Source of the DNA: Octopus bimaculoides
Taxonomy: Eukaryota
Length of the DNA: 48,261 nt
Assembly: GCF_001194135.2 (NCBI RefSeq)
Contig: NC_068987.1
Location: 35,849,391 to 35,897,651, forward strand
Direction of reading: 5' to 3'
The position numbers and the translations under genes were made by a program. Within the stretch, counting starts at the first letter, position 1, and each line of letters starts with the position of its first letter. The notes beneath the pieces were generated by a model that saw nothing but the letters and a program-made list of their open reading frames with translations, was not told where the DNA came from and ran no database searches. Below are positions 32,516 to 45,529 of the stretch, piece after piece.

Positions 32516-33773
32516 TAATACACACACACATACACACACACAAGAGTCGGTGGACAAAAGAAAGAAAGAGGCGGTCAACACAGTTTGATTTTGGTGCCAT
32601 TTGACTTATAGTTCAATAGGCTTCGTACAGAAATGTAGCTCATTCAGACGTAGGTAAACGAATAGAAACAGACAGGATATCCAATGTGGCTTCTGCAAAC
32701 AGGGTTGCTATTTATCAAAGCGAGTCCCGATGTGTTGTTAGGTGTGAGATCGACACCAGTTGTATTATTAAGGAGTATTTCTTGGACTGCGTGGCTGAAC
32801 AACGAACCAATGGCGCCTTTGTGCCAGAAAGAAATTTGAAAGACTATAAAGCCAGCATAAACATGGCCAGCGAGCGTGTGTATGTATCTATATATCAGAC
32901 GTATGAGTGTATGGGTGTAGGTGTCTGATGTCAATATGTATGTATCAGCTAAGTGGGAGGTGCGCGTATGTGTAACCTGGCAAGTAGGTGAGAGATGCCA
33001 TCAGCACGTTTCTGCGTGGTTGGTAGGTTGCGTGTATGTTTGAGTTCGAGTACGTATCAGCTGTGTGTAAGAACTCGCTTTGACCAATAGCAGCCTAGTT
33101 TCCAGCAGCCATCTTCGACTTCTTATATTTCTCCAATCGGTTATCTGAGCCTGAATGAGCTAGGTTACTTTATGAATCCTATGAAACTCCAAGTCCATGC
33201 AGCCAAATTGTTTATAATCTTACAATTTGGTTTCAAATAGCTGTCATCTCTAACGATATGATGATAGTATGGGTGGGAGCTCATACGTGTGCGCGTGTGT
33301 GAATGCGTTCGCGCGCGCTCCCCTGTATGAATGTGTGTAGTATGTAGTTTTTCGAAATGAATACCGAATGCCTTGTTAACATCTCAATATAAATTATCTT
33401 GTATTTCAACATATCTTTCGTCTGTTCCATTAGAGTTCTTTTTCCTGTAATTCGTTGGATTAAGAAACAAGAGTCTGTGGAACAATGCAGTGTTACATTT
33501 ATATTAAATGTATCAGTTTATCAGGAGAAAGTAGAGTAAGTGTTAAAGTTGACTTAGCATGCAGAAATTATATGATAATAAATGATTCAATAAACTTGAA
33601 CCGGATCTTTGGACGTTTTCTAAAATATAAAATATATTTGGCGTTAATCCTTCTGAGGGGAACTAAATTAACTATAAAATTGTGAAAGACTGTCAGACAG
33701 GCTGCAACTGCATTTTGAAGGGCATGCGTTGTCGTACATATTGACGTGCTGAGCTTCTCTGCACAACACATTG

Positions 33774-33845
33774 AAATAAACCTGCTCCTGGAATTTTTAT
33801 TTATAATATAAAATAAACCTGCTTCTGGAATTTTCATTTACAATA
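33774..33845. repeat. 36-bp tandem duplication with three transitions
   Basis: AAATAAACCTGCTCCTGGAATTTTTATTTATAATAT followed by AAATAAACCTGCTTCTGGAATTTTCATTTACAATAT. Confidence 0.93.
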
Positions 33846-35117
33846 TAAAGTAATGTCTGTCATCAGAGACATATATGACGCCTACATAATTGGAAAGTAA
33901 AAGAGAACAATTGACTCAGTCGATTAGAGACAAGAGAAATATTGAGAAATAGAAACTGCATTTTAGAATATTAGAGGGACGAAGAGAGAAGAAATATTTC
34001 ACCATTACTGTGAACGACTAACAACATTTTGAATTACGGGAGGTAAAGCATTTTTCCTACAACGATAGAACAGCGTTATATAAAGAATTATAATACAAAT
34101 ATTAATTATACGATGGACTTGTAATTTATCTGCCAGTTAGGCTGAAGTTAAATCATTTATGTGTATAGTCTAAGGTAAACTAATTGAAAATTTGAGAGTT
34201 CGTTTATTCAATGTACGTTAAAATTCCTTAGCGTCATATATATATATATATATATATTGTACATAGTTAAAAGTTACAACAGCATAAATGTTATCATTCA
34301 TACATGAAGTATACTGTAGAATTTTGGAAAACGAACGAAGTGTTCAGATGAGTTACATATTCTTCTCCAGTGCGGCAAGATAAAATATATCTTCACTACA
34401 GCTTTCACAACTGTATATGAAACATTATCATGCGAAATGAAAAAGAAAAACATTCATATTCTTTTCGAAAGTATTCGAAATCATATACATTGAGGAAGAG
34501 ATGAGAGAGTGTGAATGACTCAGTACCTAACATTACCTAAATCTGCTTTTCTTTCCCACTTTAGAAGTATCAAAGTTAAAGTTGGGGCCAAAGGGAGTTC
34601 AATTCAGAGGGTAATCATTTTAATATATAATTCATTTCTGTACTAAATATAAAAGTAGAAATTATTTAACATCCATGACTTACTTCTTTCACACCATTTT
34701 TTGAAGAGGCAATGGTGTATTATATACAGATCATAAGGACGTATGGAATACCATTACATGTAAGTAAATGATTCCATATTACGTCGTTGTTTGTTTTATA
34801 CCACTGCTATGGTCTGGTTGCTCTGCCTGTGATGTTAAATAAATTTGCTCTATGTCTAATGTATTTATCTTGGTTTATTCACTCCAATATTCGAGGTTAG
34901 CTTTGTGATCAGCTACTGTGATGAACAAGATGGGCATTGCTTTTGAAATTTGCTTGTCGCACTTGGTCGAGATTGCAGAGTATACTAATATAAATACATA
35001 GCACACATACATATACGGGAATATAACCATATACATATATTTATATATGAATATATGTGTGTATGCATACACACACATACATACGTATATATGAATATAC
35101 ATATCTCAATGTATTTA

Positions 35118-35206
<89 letters not shown>

Positions 35207-35712
35207 CGCATACACACATGTAGTATAAACGTGTGTGTGTGTGCGTGCGCGTGTGTTTATGTTACTATGTATGTATATAAGTATGTAAGGATATGTATAT
35301 ATACAGAGACGTTGTATCTGTATGCTTGTGTGAGAACTTACACACAAATACAGACAGACGCACGCACACTTACACACGCACACAAACACAAACACACAGA
35401 CACTCGCACAAGCATGTCTTCAGCTGTCTGACATTTGTATCCGCATTTGCATAAAATACCAGTGTGATTTTATGACTGTAAACACAGCCAATCCACTTCA
35501 TATAACTAACAAAGCAAACAGATTTCTTCATAACACCTACTTTATTCAGAAACTGAAATTATATTCGCTAATGTATGCGAAGAGATCGAAGAGATGGTAT
35601 GTATCAGATATATACAGGTTGGTAATAACTCGAAAGCATTTTATCACATGCCTGTTTGATCAAGGGAGATATGTGCCTCAGCACGGACAGCAAAATAGAA
35701 ATATACATATAT

Positions 35713-35751
<39 letters not shown>

Positions 35752-35967
35752 NNNNNNNNNNNNNNNNNNNNNNNNNNNNNNNNNNNNNNNNNNNNNNNNN
35801 NNNNNNNNNNNNNNNNNNNNNNNNNNNNNNNNNNNNNNNNNNNNNNNNNNNNNNNNNNNNNNNNNNNNNNNNNNNNNNNNNNNNNNNNNNNNNNNNNNNN
35901 NNNNNNNNNNNNNNNNNNNNNNNNNNNNNNNNNNNNNNNATATATATATATATATATATATATAAAT

Positions 35968-35998
<31 letters not shown>

Positions 35999-37478
35999 TA
36001 TACATATATATATATATATATACATGTATATACATATATATATATACACACATGCACACAAGCGCTCACACAGCCACTCAGACGCGCGCACACACACACA
36101 TACACATGCACACACACATACACACACATACATGAATGTATATACATATGTATATGACATACTGCTAATTTATTTACCTCTTACAATGCTGAAAGCAGCT
36201 GTGTCATTAAGGTATATACGTTGTATTACTCTAATTGAAATTTTGATACCTCGTTTCTTAGTCACTATAGGCAGCGTCTTTAGAATTCCACAAATTGCTG
36301 CGTATACTTTTGTATGTGCGTGCCTATGTGTAGGTGTGTCTGTGTGTGTGTGCATGTGTGTAACTATAAATACGCATATACACACACTTGTACATATGTA
36401 TACACAAACACATACACACATATCTATTTATATTCACATGCATATGCTATACATATAAGCAGGTATGACATGTACATAAATGCAAAAATGCATGAATCCA
36501 AGCATTACTTATAATACGATATGCATTTGTTTAATTACAATATCCGTGTGTGAAAGTTATCTTTATGTCGTTGATTTTTTTTTTAAACTTTATTGTGGAT
36601 CGCATTGAAAATTTCCTTCGCTAGAATTTATTCCATTATCTTATCAGATTTACCAAATTATATTCCCTGTTTATCTGATGTTACTATTTAAACATGTTTC
36701 TTCCAATTAGTACGTAGTGGATGTGATTCTAAGAACTGTTTTATACTACCAATAGATGGTACCAAACATTTTGCCAATTGTTTGGTTTGTGGACATCATT
36801 CCTGTTTAATTCTTCCTTCATCTGAATGTATGAATAGGTCACTGAATCTTCTTAACATTCTCCTCCCTGTTAAAAGGGCCACTGTTTGATTTCCCTGAAG
36901 GTCTGTATTTATTGCAGCTTTACTTAAATATATCGAGCAATAGAAAATGACATAGTTAGATATGGGAAGGCCTATTTTACCGAGCCCTTAAGCAGAGAAG
37001 AAAATATTTCGAAAATTGTTTCACTTTATAATGCTATTTACGCTTCCAATTTCTCTAATATCTCAACCATTTATACGAATTTACATACTGACTTGGAAAA
37101 TATATGTAGCTAAAAGAACAATTTACCTACATGCATCTTAGATAAGGATGCACTAGTAGTGTAAAGATTTTAGATCTAGAGATATAAGAGAACGATTAGT
37201 AATATCTTTCGTATAGTTGAGCCATCGCATCAATAAAACGTGCACAAATAATCCATATTATCGTAATATTCAGAACAATGCGTGCTCAGAATGATACTTT
37301 TGAAATATAACGTGAACGTAAACGGCATATAACATCATAAAAATTGAGCTTAGGAAGACTATTTTATATTTTACGAGTGCTGTGCTTGTAAATCGGAAAT
37401 GAATATAATATATGTTAGTATATACATTGTAATTACTTGTGTTTTATGTAGAAGAATATATCTTACGAAAACATGAAC

Positions 37479-37871
37479 ATAGGCGCAGGTGTGTCTGTGA
37501 GGTAAGAAGCTTGTGTCTTAACCACATGGTTCCGGGCTCAGTCCTAGTGCCTGACACCTTAGGCAGGTGTTTTCTACTATAACCTCGGACCGACCAAAGC
37601 CTCGTGAGTGGATTTGGCTGACAGAAACTGAAAGAAGTCCGTCGTATATGTATATATGTATATGTTTGTGTGTATGTGTTTCTCCTACCCACCATCGATT
37701 GACAACGATGTTGGTGTGCTTACGTCCCCTTAACTTAGAGGTTCAGCAAAAGTAACCTATACAAAAAGAACTAGACTTACAAAAAATAAATGCTATGATC
37801 GATTTGTTCGACTAAAGGCGCTACTCCAGTATGGCCGCAGTCAAATGACTGAAACAAGTAAAAGAATAAAG
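37479..37871 (+). mobile_element. Full-length SINE family B (tRNA head, CORE-like motif, internal (TA)(TG) microsatellite, short A/G-rich tail)
   Basis: Head AGGCGCAGGTGTGTCTGTGAGGTAAG..., box B-like GGCTCAGTCC, CORE-like CACCTTAGGCAGGTGTTTTC, internal microsatellite at about 37645-37680, end GTCAAATGACTGAAACAAGTAAAAGAATAAAG. Possibly the octopus OR2 CORE-SINE (inference). Confidence 0.9.
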
Positions 37872-39773
37872 TGTTCAATGTAAATGGTAACGGCCAAAAA
37901 ATTCATAAACCGAAATGCATTTTTAGCTGTTTCGAACGCAAAACTCATATAAATATCTCGCTTTTCAACAACTTTGCAATTATATTGAGAATGCTCCTTC
38001 ATATAAATTTTTGACCAGAAAAGTAGAACTTCAAGAATTCGAGATTTATTAAAGTTGTTCGTTTGCTTAGGTCTCTACAAATGTATGACATCTTGAGTTA
38101 CAGTTGAAATACTGCAATCAATAATCGATTGAATGAATTATTGCTCCATTCAGTGCTTCCCAAACGAATATATACAAACAAACAAAAATATTACACTATT
38201 TGCTGAACTTTTTGGAGTAGCAAGTGAGGAGTAGCCTTACTATTTAGTGTTATTGTATAGTTGTACAGGAAACAGCTCCACGACCATCATCACTTAAAAT
38301 TATTTAACTGACAAATGTTGTTTTAATTTTCTAATTAAAACAACAAATTTGGAGGAATGCTAATAATTTATTTTAACTTTTCGTGACACGGAGATAATTT
38401 ACCAAGAAATAAACGGTGCTAAAATGAAAAGGAAAAACAGGGAAAAAATGTCAGTGAGTACAAACTAAAGTAAAAACAAATATCAGAAAATTATCTTTGG
38501 CACATTCTTTTAATTTTTGCACTTTCTTGTAGCCTATTGATTTTGCAGAACATTTTAGCGTTTCCTGGTTATCAAAATATCTCTTCCTTGCGGATGTCGG
38601 GAGAAATAAAGACAAAAACGAACGAAGAATACATAAAATAAAAAGATGTCAAGTTTCCATGAAATTTATTTAATAGCTTTTGATAAACAATAAGGTTAAT
38701 GAATTCCAGCAATACGTTTAATTCACTGCGTATTTTTATTTTCCTATACCTCTTATTTGTTTATTTATTATTAGCTAGTATCATATGGCTTGTATTTATT
38801 CACTTGTTATGTGATGAGAGAAGAGACTGATTTCACATTAGTCTGAAATAGTTTCTTATGGTTTCCTAGCAGATTATGAATGAGGCACGGGTCAAATTTG
38901 TTGCGAACAAATTCAAAAAGCTGGAACGAAGTCCATTAATAGGCTGGGAGAGAGGTATAATTTTGTTAGCTGAATTTTCTTTGTTTTGTTTTGAATCTAA
39001 CATGTAGAAATGGATTGTACAGCAGGTAGGTAATATTAATGTAACATGAAATTTTTCAGTTCGATTATGAACACTTATACGGCAGAACCAGTATATCCAA
39101 CTGCATTGATTACGTTTGAAAATAGAGGGTGTGCAGACTAAATCAAATCATAAAGAGTTTTATATATTCAGTTATACTTATATCGCTAACAATATCTAAT
39201 ATCTAATGTGTAATGGCATATATTGAGAAGGTTATCTAGGAAACAAATATGAAAAAGATGTGTAAATGTGCTGACAAAATTTTCTGATTTCTAGCTAAAC
39301 ACCGAAATAACACGTGAACATAATTGTACTAACTCTGATGTTTTTGTGGGACAAGTTTCTTCTAATACAAACAAAACTCAAATACAATAATGTCACACAT
39401 TTGTAATACTGTGAGTTGTTAAACTCAGATTCAATGTGCTTAAGCAAGTAATTATTTAACATAAATTCTTGTACTGAAGTCTAAAATGTAAGAAAGCTAA
39501 ACTGAGAAATGAGCAATAAAGTCAGTTGCTGACATGTTGTGGGACAATATAGTTAATGCAGAATTCAGTACACTTAAATATAGTTTATGGAAACCAAAGT
39601 CGTATCCGTGTTAGTAGACTTTTCCGATAAAGTACTCTCTACATTGTCTTATCTTGTTGATCAACTGAACTATGTAAATATATATCTCTATATATACATA
39701 TATGACAGATTCTCCCACCGAAGACATGCCGAACGACATGCACAAATGATTTGTCCATACTACGCACTATGCC

Positions 39774-39875
39774 GATGAGCATATGGCATAATGGTTAAGA
39801 GCGCTGGCTACTAACCCCAAGATTCCGAGTTCGATTTCAAGCAGTGGCATGAACAATAAAAATAATAATAATAAC

Positions 39876-39909
<34 letters not shown>

Positions 39910-40073
39910 TCGAAAAATACCTTAGGAATGAGAACCCAGGTTCGAAATTTCCCCAAGACACCTGAAGAAAGCTGGAGGGTATATCAGCCGAAAGGTTGTG
40001 CTAAAAACAAACAAGATGAAGACAAGTATCCGTCGAATGTAAATAATGTAAATAATGTAAATAATGTAAATAA
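39774..40073 (+). mobile_element. Full-length SINE family D: tRNA-like head, (AAT)n, hammerhead-like body, (GTAAATAAT)n tail
   Basis: Box A TGGCATAATGG at 39784-39794, anticodon-like loop CTACTAA, box B GAGTTCGATT at 39827-39836. (AAT)n at about 39855-39907, body shared with 445-598, 9-bp tandem tail at 40037-40073. There is no acceptor stem, so it is not a tRNA gene. Confidence 0.85.
39957..40002 (+). ncRNA. Minimal type I hammerhead ribozyme-like motif inside SINE D
   Basis: GACAC-CUGAAGA-AA-GCUG(GAGGGUAUAU)CAGC-C-GAAA-GG-UU|GUGCU. Stem I CAC/GUG, 4-bp stem II, minimal stem III (CG in the other copy). Confidence 0.55.
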
Positions 40074-40128
40074 GTTGTACCAGATTCCATATTACATTCA
40101 TTATTCATAATTGACCTACCACACACAC

Positions 40129-40178
<50 letters not shown>

Positions 40179-40180
40179 GC

Positions 40181-40469
40181 ATATCTGGCCACCACAGTCC
40201 CAAGATCTCAATATTATTGAACATTTATGGTGCATTTAAAAAAAAAACAAGTTGGGAGTCGATATCCTCGAGCATCATCGCTACAAGAAGTGGAGACTGT
40301 TTTAGCTGAATGATGGACAAAAATTACTGTGGAAACAATTCATACTTTGTACGAGCGCATACCTCGTAGAATTCCATCTGTAATTACTGCCAAAGCCGGT
40401 CCTGCCCCGTGTTAAAATTAATTTGTTTGAAATTTTAAGAAGTTACCACGATTTTGTCCAACCCCTGTA
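40181..40469 (+). mobile_element. 3' fragment of the same Tc1 family as 29939-30990
   Basis: Reads IWPPQSQDLNIIEHLWCI and IPRRIPSVITAKAGP, ending in the TIR GATTTTGTCCAACCCCTG|TA. Confidence 0.9.
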
Positions 40470-41369
40470 TGTCGGTCATAGAAATGATTTAAATAACACC
40501 TTGTGCGTTTGTCTCCATATTATATATATATATCTGTAAACACTCTTTCGTTTGGTCTCCATGTCAGATGAGAGGATTTCCGTGTTTATTTTTCTTGTCT
40601 TTATCCGTTAATCGTTTCCATTGTCCATTCCCATTTATCATTACTAGACTCATAGCACCTGCAGCGTCCTATCATATTACCCCATCTATCGATATCCTTC
40701 CTTCAGGCATTGACCATTCTTTTTCTCTTTCATCATTACGCCTGTCTCTTCCTCTGTGTTTTTCACGTTTACAATGTCATTTAATATTTTTAGTCCTTCA
40801 TACTACTTACTATATTCCCTCTCTGCATACATTTATCTCTCCCTTCCTCCCACTATCTCTTTTTCTTCTTCACCATCTCACATGCAGAATCACTCCTCTC
40901 TCTATATATATTTCTCTCTCTCTCTCTCTCGCCCTCTCTCGCTTTCTCTTTCTCCATAAATTCTTGTATGCTGTGCCACCTCCACTGCAAACCAATCCAA
41001 AATTCTTCACTCCTATACAGTCTTTTTAATTGAAATTTCTTTGAATTGAGATGCCCTTTAATTATTGACCCTTCTTTCTTGCCATTTGATATTTCGATCT
41101 TATTGTTCCCCTTTTTTCTCCCGTCACGATGTTCAGTTCCGTCCCTCTCTTGTTTCGTTACCTCCACTCCTACTCTGCTTTTCTACAGCTAATTACCTAT
41201 AACTCCAGACTTCGACTCGTATTCTATGGCTCCTGAATTTCTTTCCTCTTTTCTTTTACACTACTACAACTACCGTTTGGGTGTTCTTCAATCCATGCCT
41301 GAACCAAAGTGTAATGCTTGAATTAATGTATATATGCAATAATACAGACGTGTGTACATATGTATATAT

Positions 41370-41400
<31 letters not shown>

Positions 41401-42189
41401 CGTGTGGGGGGGGTGCATGCGTGCGTGCGTGTTAGATAAGGGTTGTTAATGGAATAACACTGCTTTTTACGTTCATAAACCGCTTAGCTTTACGGCGCAT
41501 CGTCAGATCCCAAACGTGTTTTTCATAAAGGTATCAAGGATATACAACACGATGAGGTCACATATATCCGAACTGTCGCACGCACCCACCGCTACATTAA
41601 AGGAGCCCTCTGGATGAGANNNNNNNNNNNNNNNNNNNNNNNNNNNNNNNNNNNNNNNNNNNNNNNNNNNNNNNNNNNNNNNNNNNNNNNNNNNNNNNNN
41701 NNNNNNNNNNNNNNNNNNNNNNNNNNNNNNNNNNNNNNNNNNNNNNNNNNNNNNNNNNNNNNNNNNNNNNNNNNNNNNNNNNNNNNNNNNNNNNNNNNNN
41801 NNNNNNNNNNNNNNNNNNNNNNNNNNNNNNNNNNNNNNNNNNNNNNNNNNNNNNNNNNNNNNNNNNNNNNNNNNNNNNNNNNNNNNNNNNNNNNNNNNNN
41901 NNNNNNNNNNNNNNNNNNNNNNNNNNNNNNNNNNNNNNNNNNNNNNNNNNNNNNNNNNNNNNNNNNNNNNNNNNNNNNNNNNNNNNNNNNNNNNNNNNNN
42001 NNNNNNNNNNNNNNNNNNNNNNNNNNNNNNNNNNNNNNNNNNNNNNNNNNNNNNNNNNNNNNNNNNNNNNNNNNNNNNNNNNNNNNNNNNNNNNATTTAG
42101 GCTTTTAGTCGCCTAACACGCTTTAGAATTTTTAGTCGATCGTATATACCTTCTTGATAAGCCGTTCTATATATATTGTAGTTTTATTT

Positions 42190-42580
42190 GGTAAGTAGCT
42201 TGCTTACCAGCCACATGGTTCCGGGTTCAGTCCCACTGCCTGTCACCTTGGTCAAGTGTCTTCTACTATAGCCTCGGGCCAACCAAAGCATTGTGAGTGG
42301 ATTTGGTAGACAGAAACTGAAAGACGCCCGTCGTATATATGTATATATATGTATGTATATGTGTATGTGTTTGTGTGTCTGTGTTTGTCCCCTAGCATTG
42401 CTTGACAACCGATGCTGGTGTGTTTATGTCCCCGTAACTTAGCGGTTCGACAAAAGAGACTGATAGAATAAGTACTATGCTTACAAAGAATAAGTCCCGG
42501 AGTCGATTTGCTCGACTGAAGGCGGTGCTCTAGCATGGTCGCAGTCAAATGACTGAAACATGTAAAAGAGTAAAGAGTAA
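42190..42580 (+). mobile_element. Nearly full-length SINE family B (first 15-20 nt missing)
   Basis: GGTAAGTAGCTTGCTTACCAGCCACATGGTTCCGGGTTCAGTCCCACTG...CACCTTGGTCAAGTGTCTTC, internal microsatellite, tail TAAAAGAGTAAAGAGTAA; colinear with 37479-37871. Confidence 0.92.
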
Positions 42581-42734
42581 CGAGTATATAATTTTTTTAC
42601 CATCTGTATTTTTTATATATTCATACTTTTTATATGTTAGAGGTCATGGTAATATTTATATAGGATCAAATGTATAGAAGAGTGGTGCCATAGAAAGCCG
42701 CTGACTCGATTTTGATGTTTGTTCTCTAATCAAT

Positions 42735-42767
<33 letters not shown>

Positions 42768-42773
<6 letters not shown>

Positions 42774-42968
42774 GGGCGCTGAAAAGTTCCTGGCTTTAAG
42801 GATATTGTGAGGGGCCTGGTTGAAGTTGCTGCCTTCCGAGCTCTTTTACAGGTCTTAGAAAAGCTGAAGGACCGCTGAGAGGGAGATATGTTGAATAAAA
42901 TCGTAATTACCTTATCCTCCTGTATTTCCTTCTACTCAAAGCCAGGATCTTTTCAGCATCCACTCATA
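42768..42968. mobile_element. Mariner-derived MITE (about 200 bp) inserted at the end of (TA)n
   Basis: TIRs are TA-TGAGGGGCGCTGAAAAGTTCCTGGCTTT and, as reverse complement of the right end, TA-TGAGTGGATGCTGAAAAGATCCTGGCTTT. The internal GGGAGATATGTTGAATAA (GRYVE* or GDMLN depending on frame) resembles a mariner C-terminal G.YVE*. Confidence 0.88.
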
Positions 42969-45529
42969 TTTATATGCGCGTGTATTTATGTATACACACA
43001 CATACACAGATACACACACATATACAAACACATAGACACACATACACATATATATGTGTACACATTCATACATGTAATAATATAAGTATGTGCGTGAGTT
43101 TCAGAGTATGTTTAGCAGTATTTATATGTGTATGTGTATCTGTACTTACATATACAATCGTGATTGGTATTTGCCAGATATAAAGGTGTATCCGTAAGTT
43201 GTATTCCGATTTTGCCCCAAAATGTGAGTGAACTGAGATAAGTATTGGAATGGCAGCAATTGCACATCGGATCGTTTTATATTAGCTGTACACTGTTCTA
43301 CACTCCTTATTCATAACATCACACTGCTTAGTGATTTTCTAATTTACAAAGTGATTGATTAGAGTGGTCTTAAGCCAACTAGGTACCAGCAAAGACGAGA
43401 GGAATTTTATCCAGGACCTCAGATAAGATATTAAAAAAGGCTTATCCTGAAATTACTTTCATTGCTTCAAATGCAAGAATAATTCGATGTTAATAGCTGT
43501 CTACAAACAGAAAGGCCACTTGATATTTTGATCACAATATCACATGAAAAGTTTATTCGAATTAAAAGATATATTTTCCTCCTCTCTTAGAATATATGAG
43601 AATCAAATTGTATTAGTTTTTACATCAAAGCAATGCTTTCAATAAAGCTATAATTTTAATACTTAATTTAGTGTAAAGTATATCCAAGCAACGGCGGTAT
43701 TTTTCTTGAAATTCAATCCAGTATGGACAGGGTGCTAGGCTAAATCTGACGGTTGGCATAACAGGAAAATAAAGTACAATATCTCATCCACAGATGAAAG
43801 TATTTAAAAAAATCTTAGCATATCAACTAAATTATGGCTGGTAGATAACTTTTTACTCAAATAAGCCACCCTCAACTACCACTTTGCATATTTTGGCAAG
43901 TAGTCCAATCCAGCTGCCACGCATATTGCTTTCGAGCGTCAATCCTCTCTAGTCAGGGTCTGATTATTGTCTCCGGTAGCTTCACATAGCCTAGCTATCC
44001 ATCTATATTGAGCCTTAGACCATTTTCAGAGATATGGGGACGAATCTTAGTATACCCACAGTGTCCCTTCCTGCTGACCATGGTTTCGTTTTCTCCGTTG
44101 CAACCATCCATCTTACGTCTTACAGCATATTGACACCCAGCGCGAATCATCATGATACAGTAAACTCTGTTCCAAAATTCAGTTGGCTTCCAAGCCTCGA
44201 TATCAGCTTTTTCTAAATAACAGCATTAATATTTGTGCTTCCCACCCCCGTTGACTCTTCACCAACATATCAAGATTTTCATAGAGAAAACAAAAACCAG
44301 AGAGACACACAAAATCATAAAATTAAGTCCGAACAATCTCTAAGCATGAACTAATGTAAAGGATATATCTGATAAACGATACGGTGAGATTCTATACTTC
44401 AAACTAAAATGATAATTCGTTTACAATAACGCTTAGCCTTTGAAATATCTATATATACTCCTCGATATCATTGACCACGCAGTAAACAGTTTTTTAATGC
44501 AATTTAGTGTGTCACACAGATATAGTGATACGCATGCACACACGGCGCATAACGTTTTATTGCGAATATAACGACTGAGAGGAACAGAATCGGCAGAACA
44601 TTTAATGCTTGGATAAAATGGTTTTTGCCTAAAACGTTAAAGCATTTTGTGCAGGTTTTTATATTTTAATTTCAATTCGCGACGAGTTCAACTTTTTCTT
44701 ACTCTTTCATATTTTCCGTGTTGATATTATAATATATATTCTAAACTTATCTGAACTTTTTTCTAGACTTTTCTAAGCAAAAATCAACAGTTGAGAAAAC
44801 AAAGCTTATTATTGTTACGCGATCTTTGAAACTTGACAGGTTGGAAAGCTTCTAAATTATTCTAGTTCTGAGAAGAATTACAATCCTAAATATAAACACA
44901 ATATCTTGTATAAAAAGGTTTCAAATTTCAGTGATAGGGACTGTTAATTTTATTAATCCCAATTTCAAGCGCTATTTTATTTTATTCTTAGCAAGTATAA
45001 GATGCAAAGTCGACTACTTTTGAGTTGCAGCTCAAGAACCAGAACATATACCGCAAGTTATTCTGTCTGAAACTTTGATAAAGATTATAAAGGGAAACGC
45101 TTATTCAAATATAAGTCTGTTATCGCCAACACAACTTGAAAGTAAAATTACAAATATTTTAATATTTCTATTACTCTAACAACTACGAAGTCACTCCTAC
45201 TGTGATTTGTAAATTCAGTTAGCTTTCGTTGTTGCAGAATGTAGCGAAGAAAATATATTAAAATGGACTTGGAAAATTAGATTGACTGGCAAATATTCTA
45301 TCTCAAGATACATCTGTGCGACAAAGCTCTTTCTCTGAAATTGGATATTTGTAATCTGTGGAAATCTATGAGATATTCGGAGAAACATGTCCAGTTAAAG
45401 TAGAAGATACGGCTCTGCAACATCTGCCTTAGAAATAAGAGAAAATAGAACCACTAACTGGTCATACAACCTGAAAGAAAATGCTCCCAAATTTCATCCA
45501 AATATCATATTTCAATGTCACAAAACAAT

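Noticed and set aside
39774-39854. tRNA gene
   Set aside because: Box A/B and an anticodon-like loop are present, but there is no acceptor-stem pairing and it continues into a repeat body, so it is a SINE head.
41465-41510. Hammerhead on the minus strand (CUGACGAUGC...GCUAAGCGG)
   Set aside because: GAAA is absent (two substitutions needed), stem II is only 2 bp and there is no stem I.
43180-43230. Mariner-like TIR start (TAAAGGTGTATCCGTAAGTTG...CCGATTTT)
   Set aside because: No matching second TIR or transposase remnant found.
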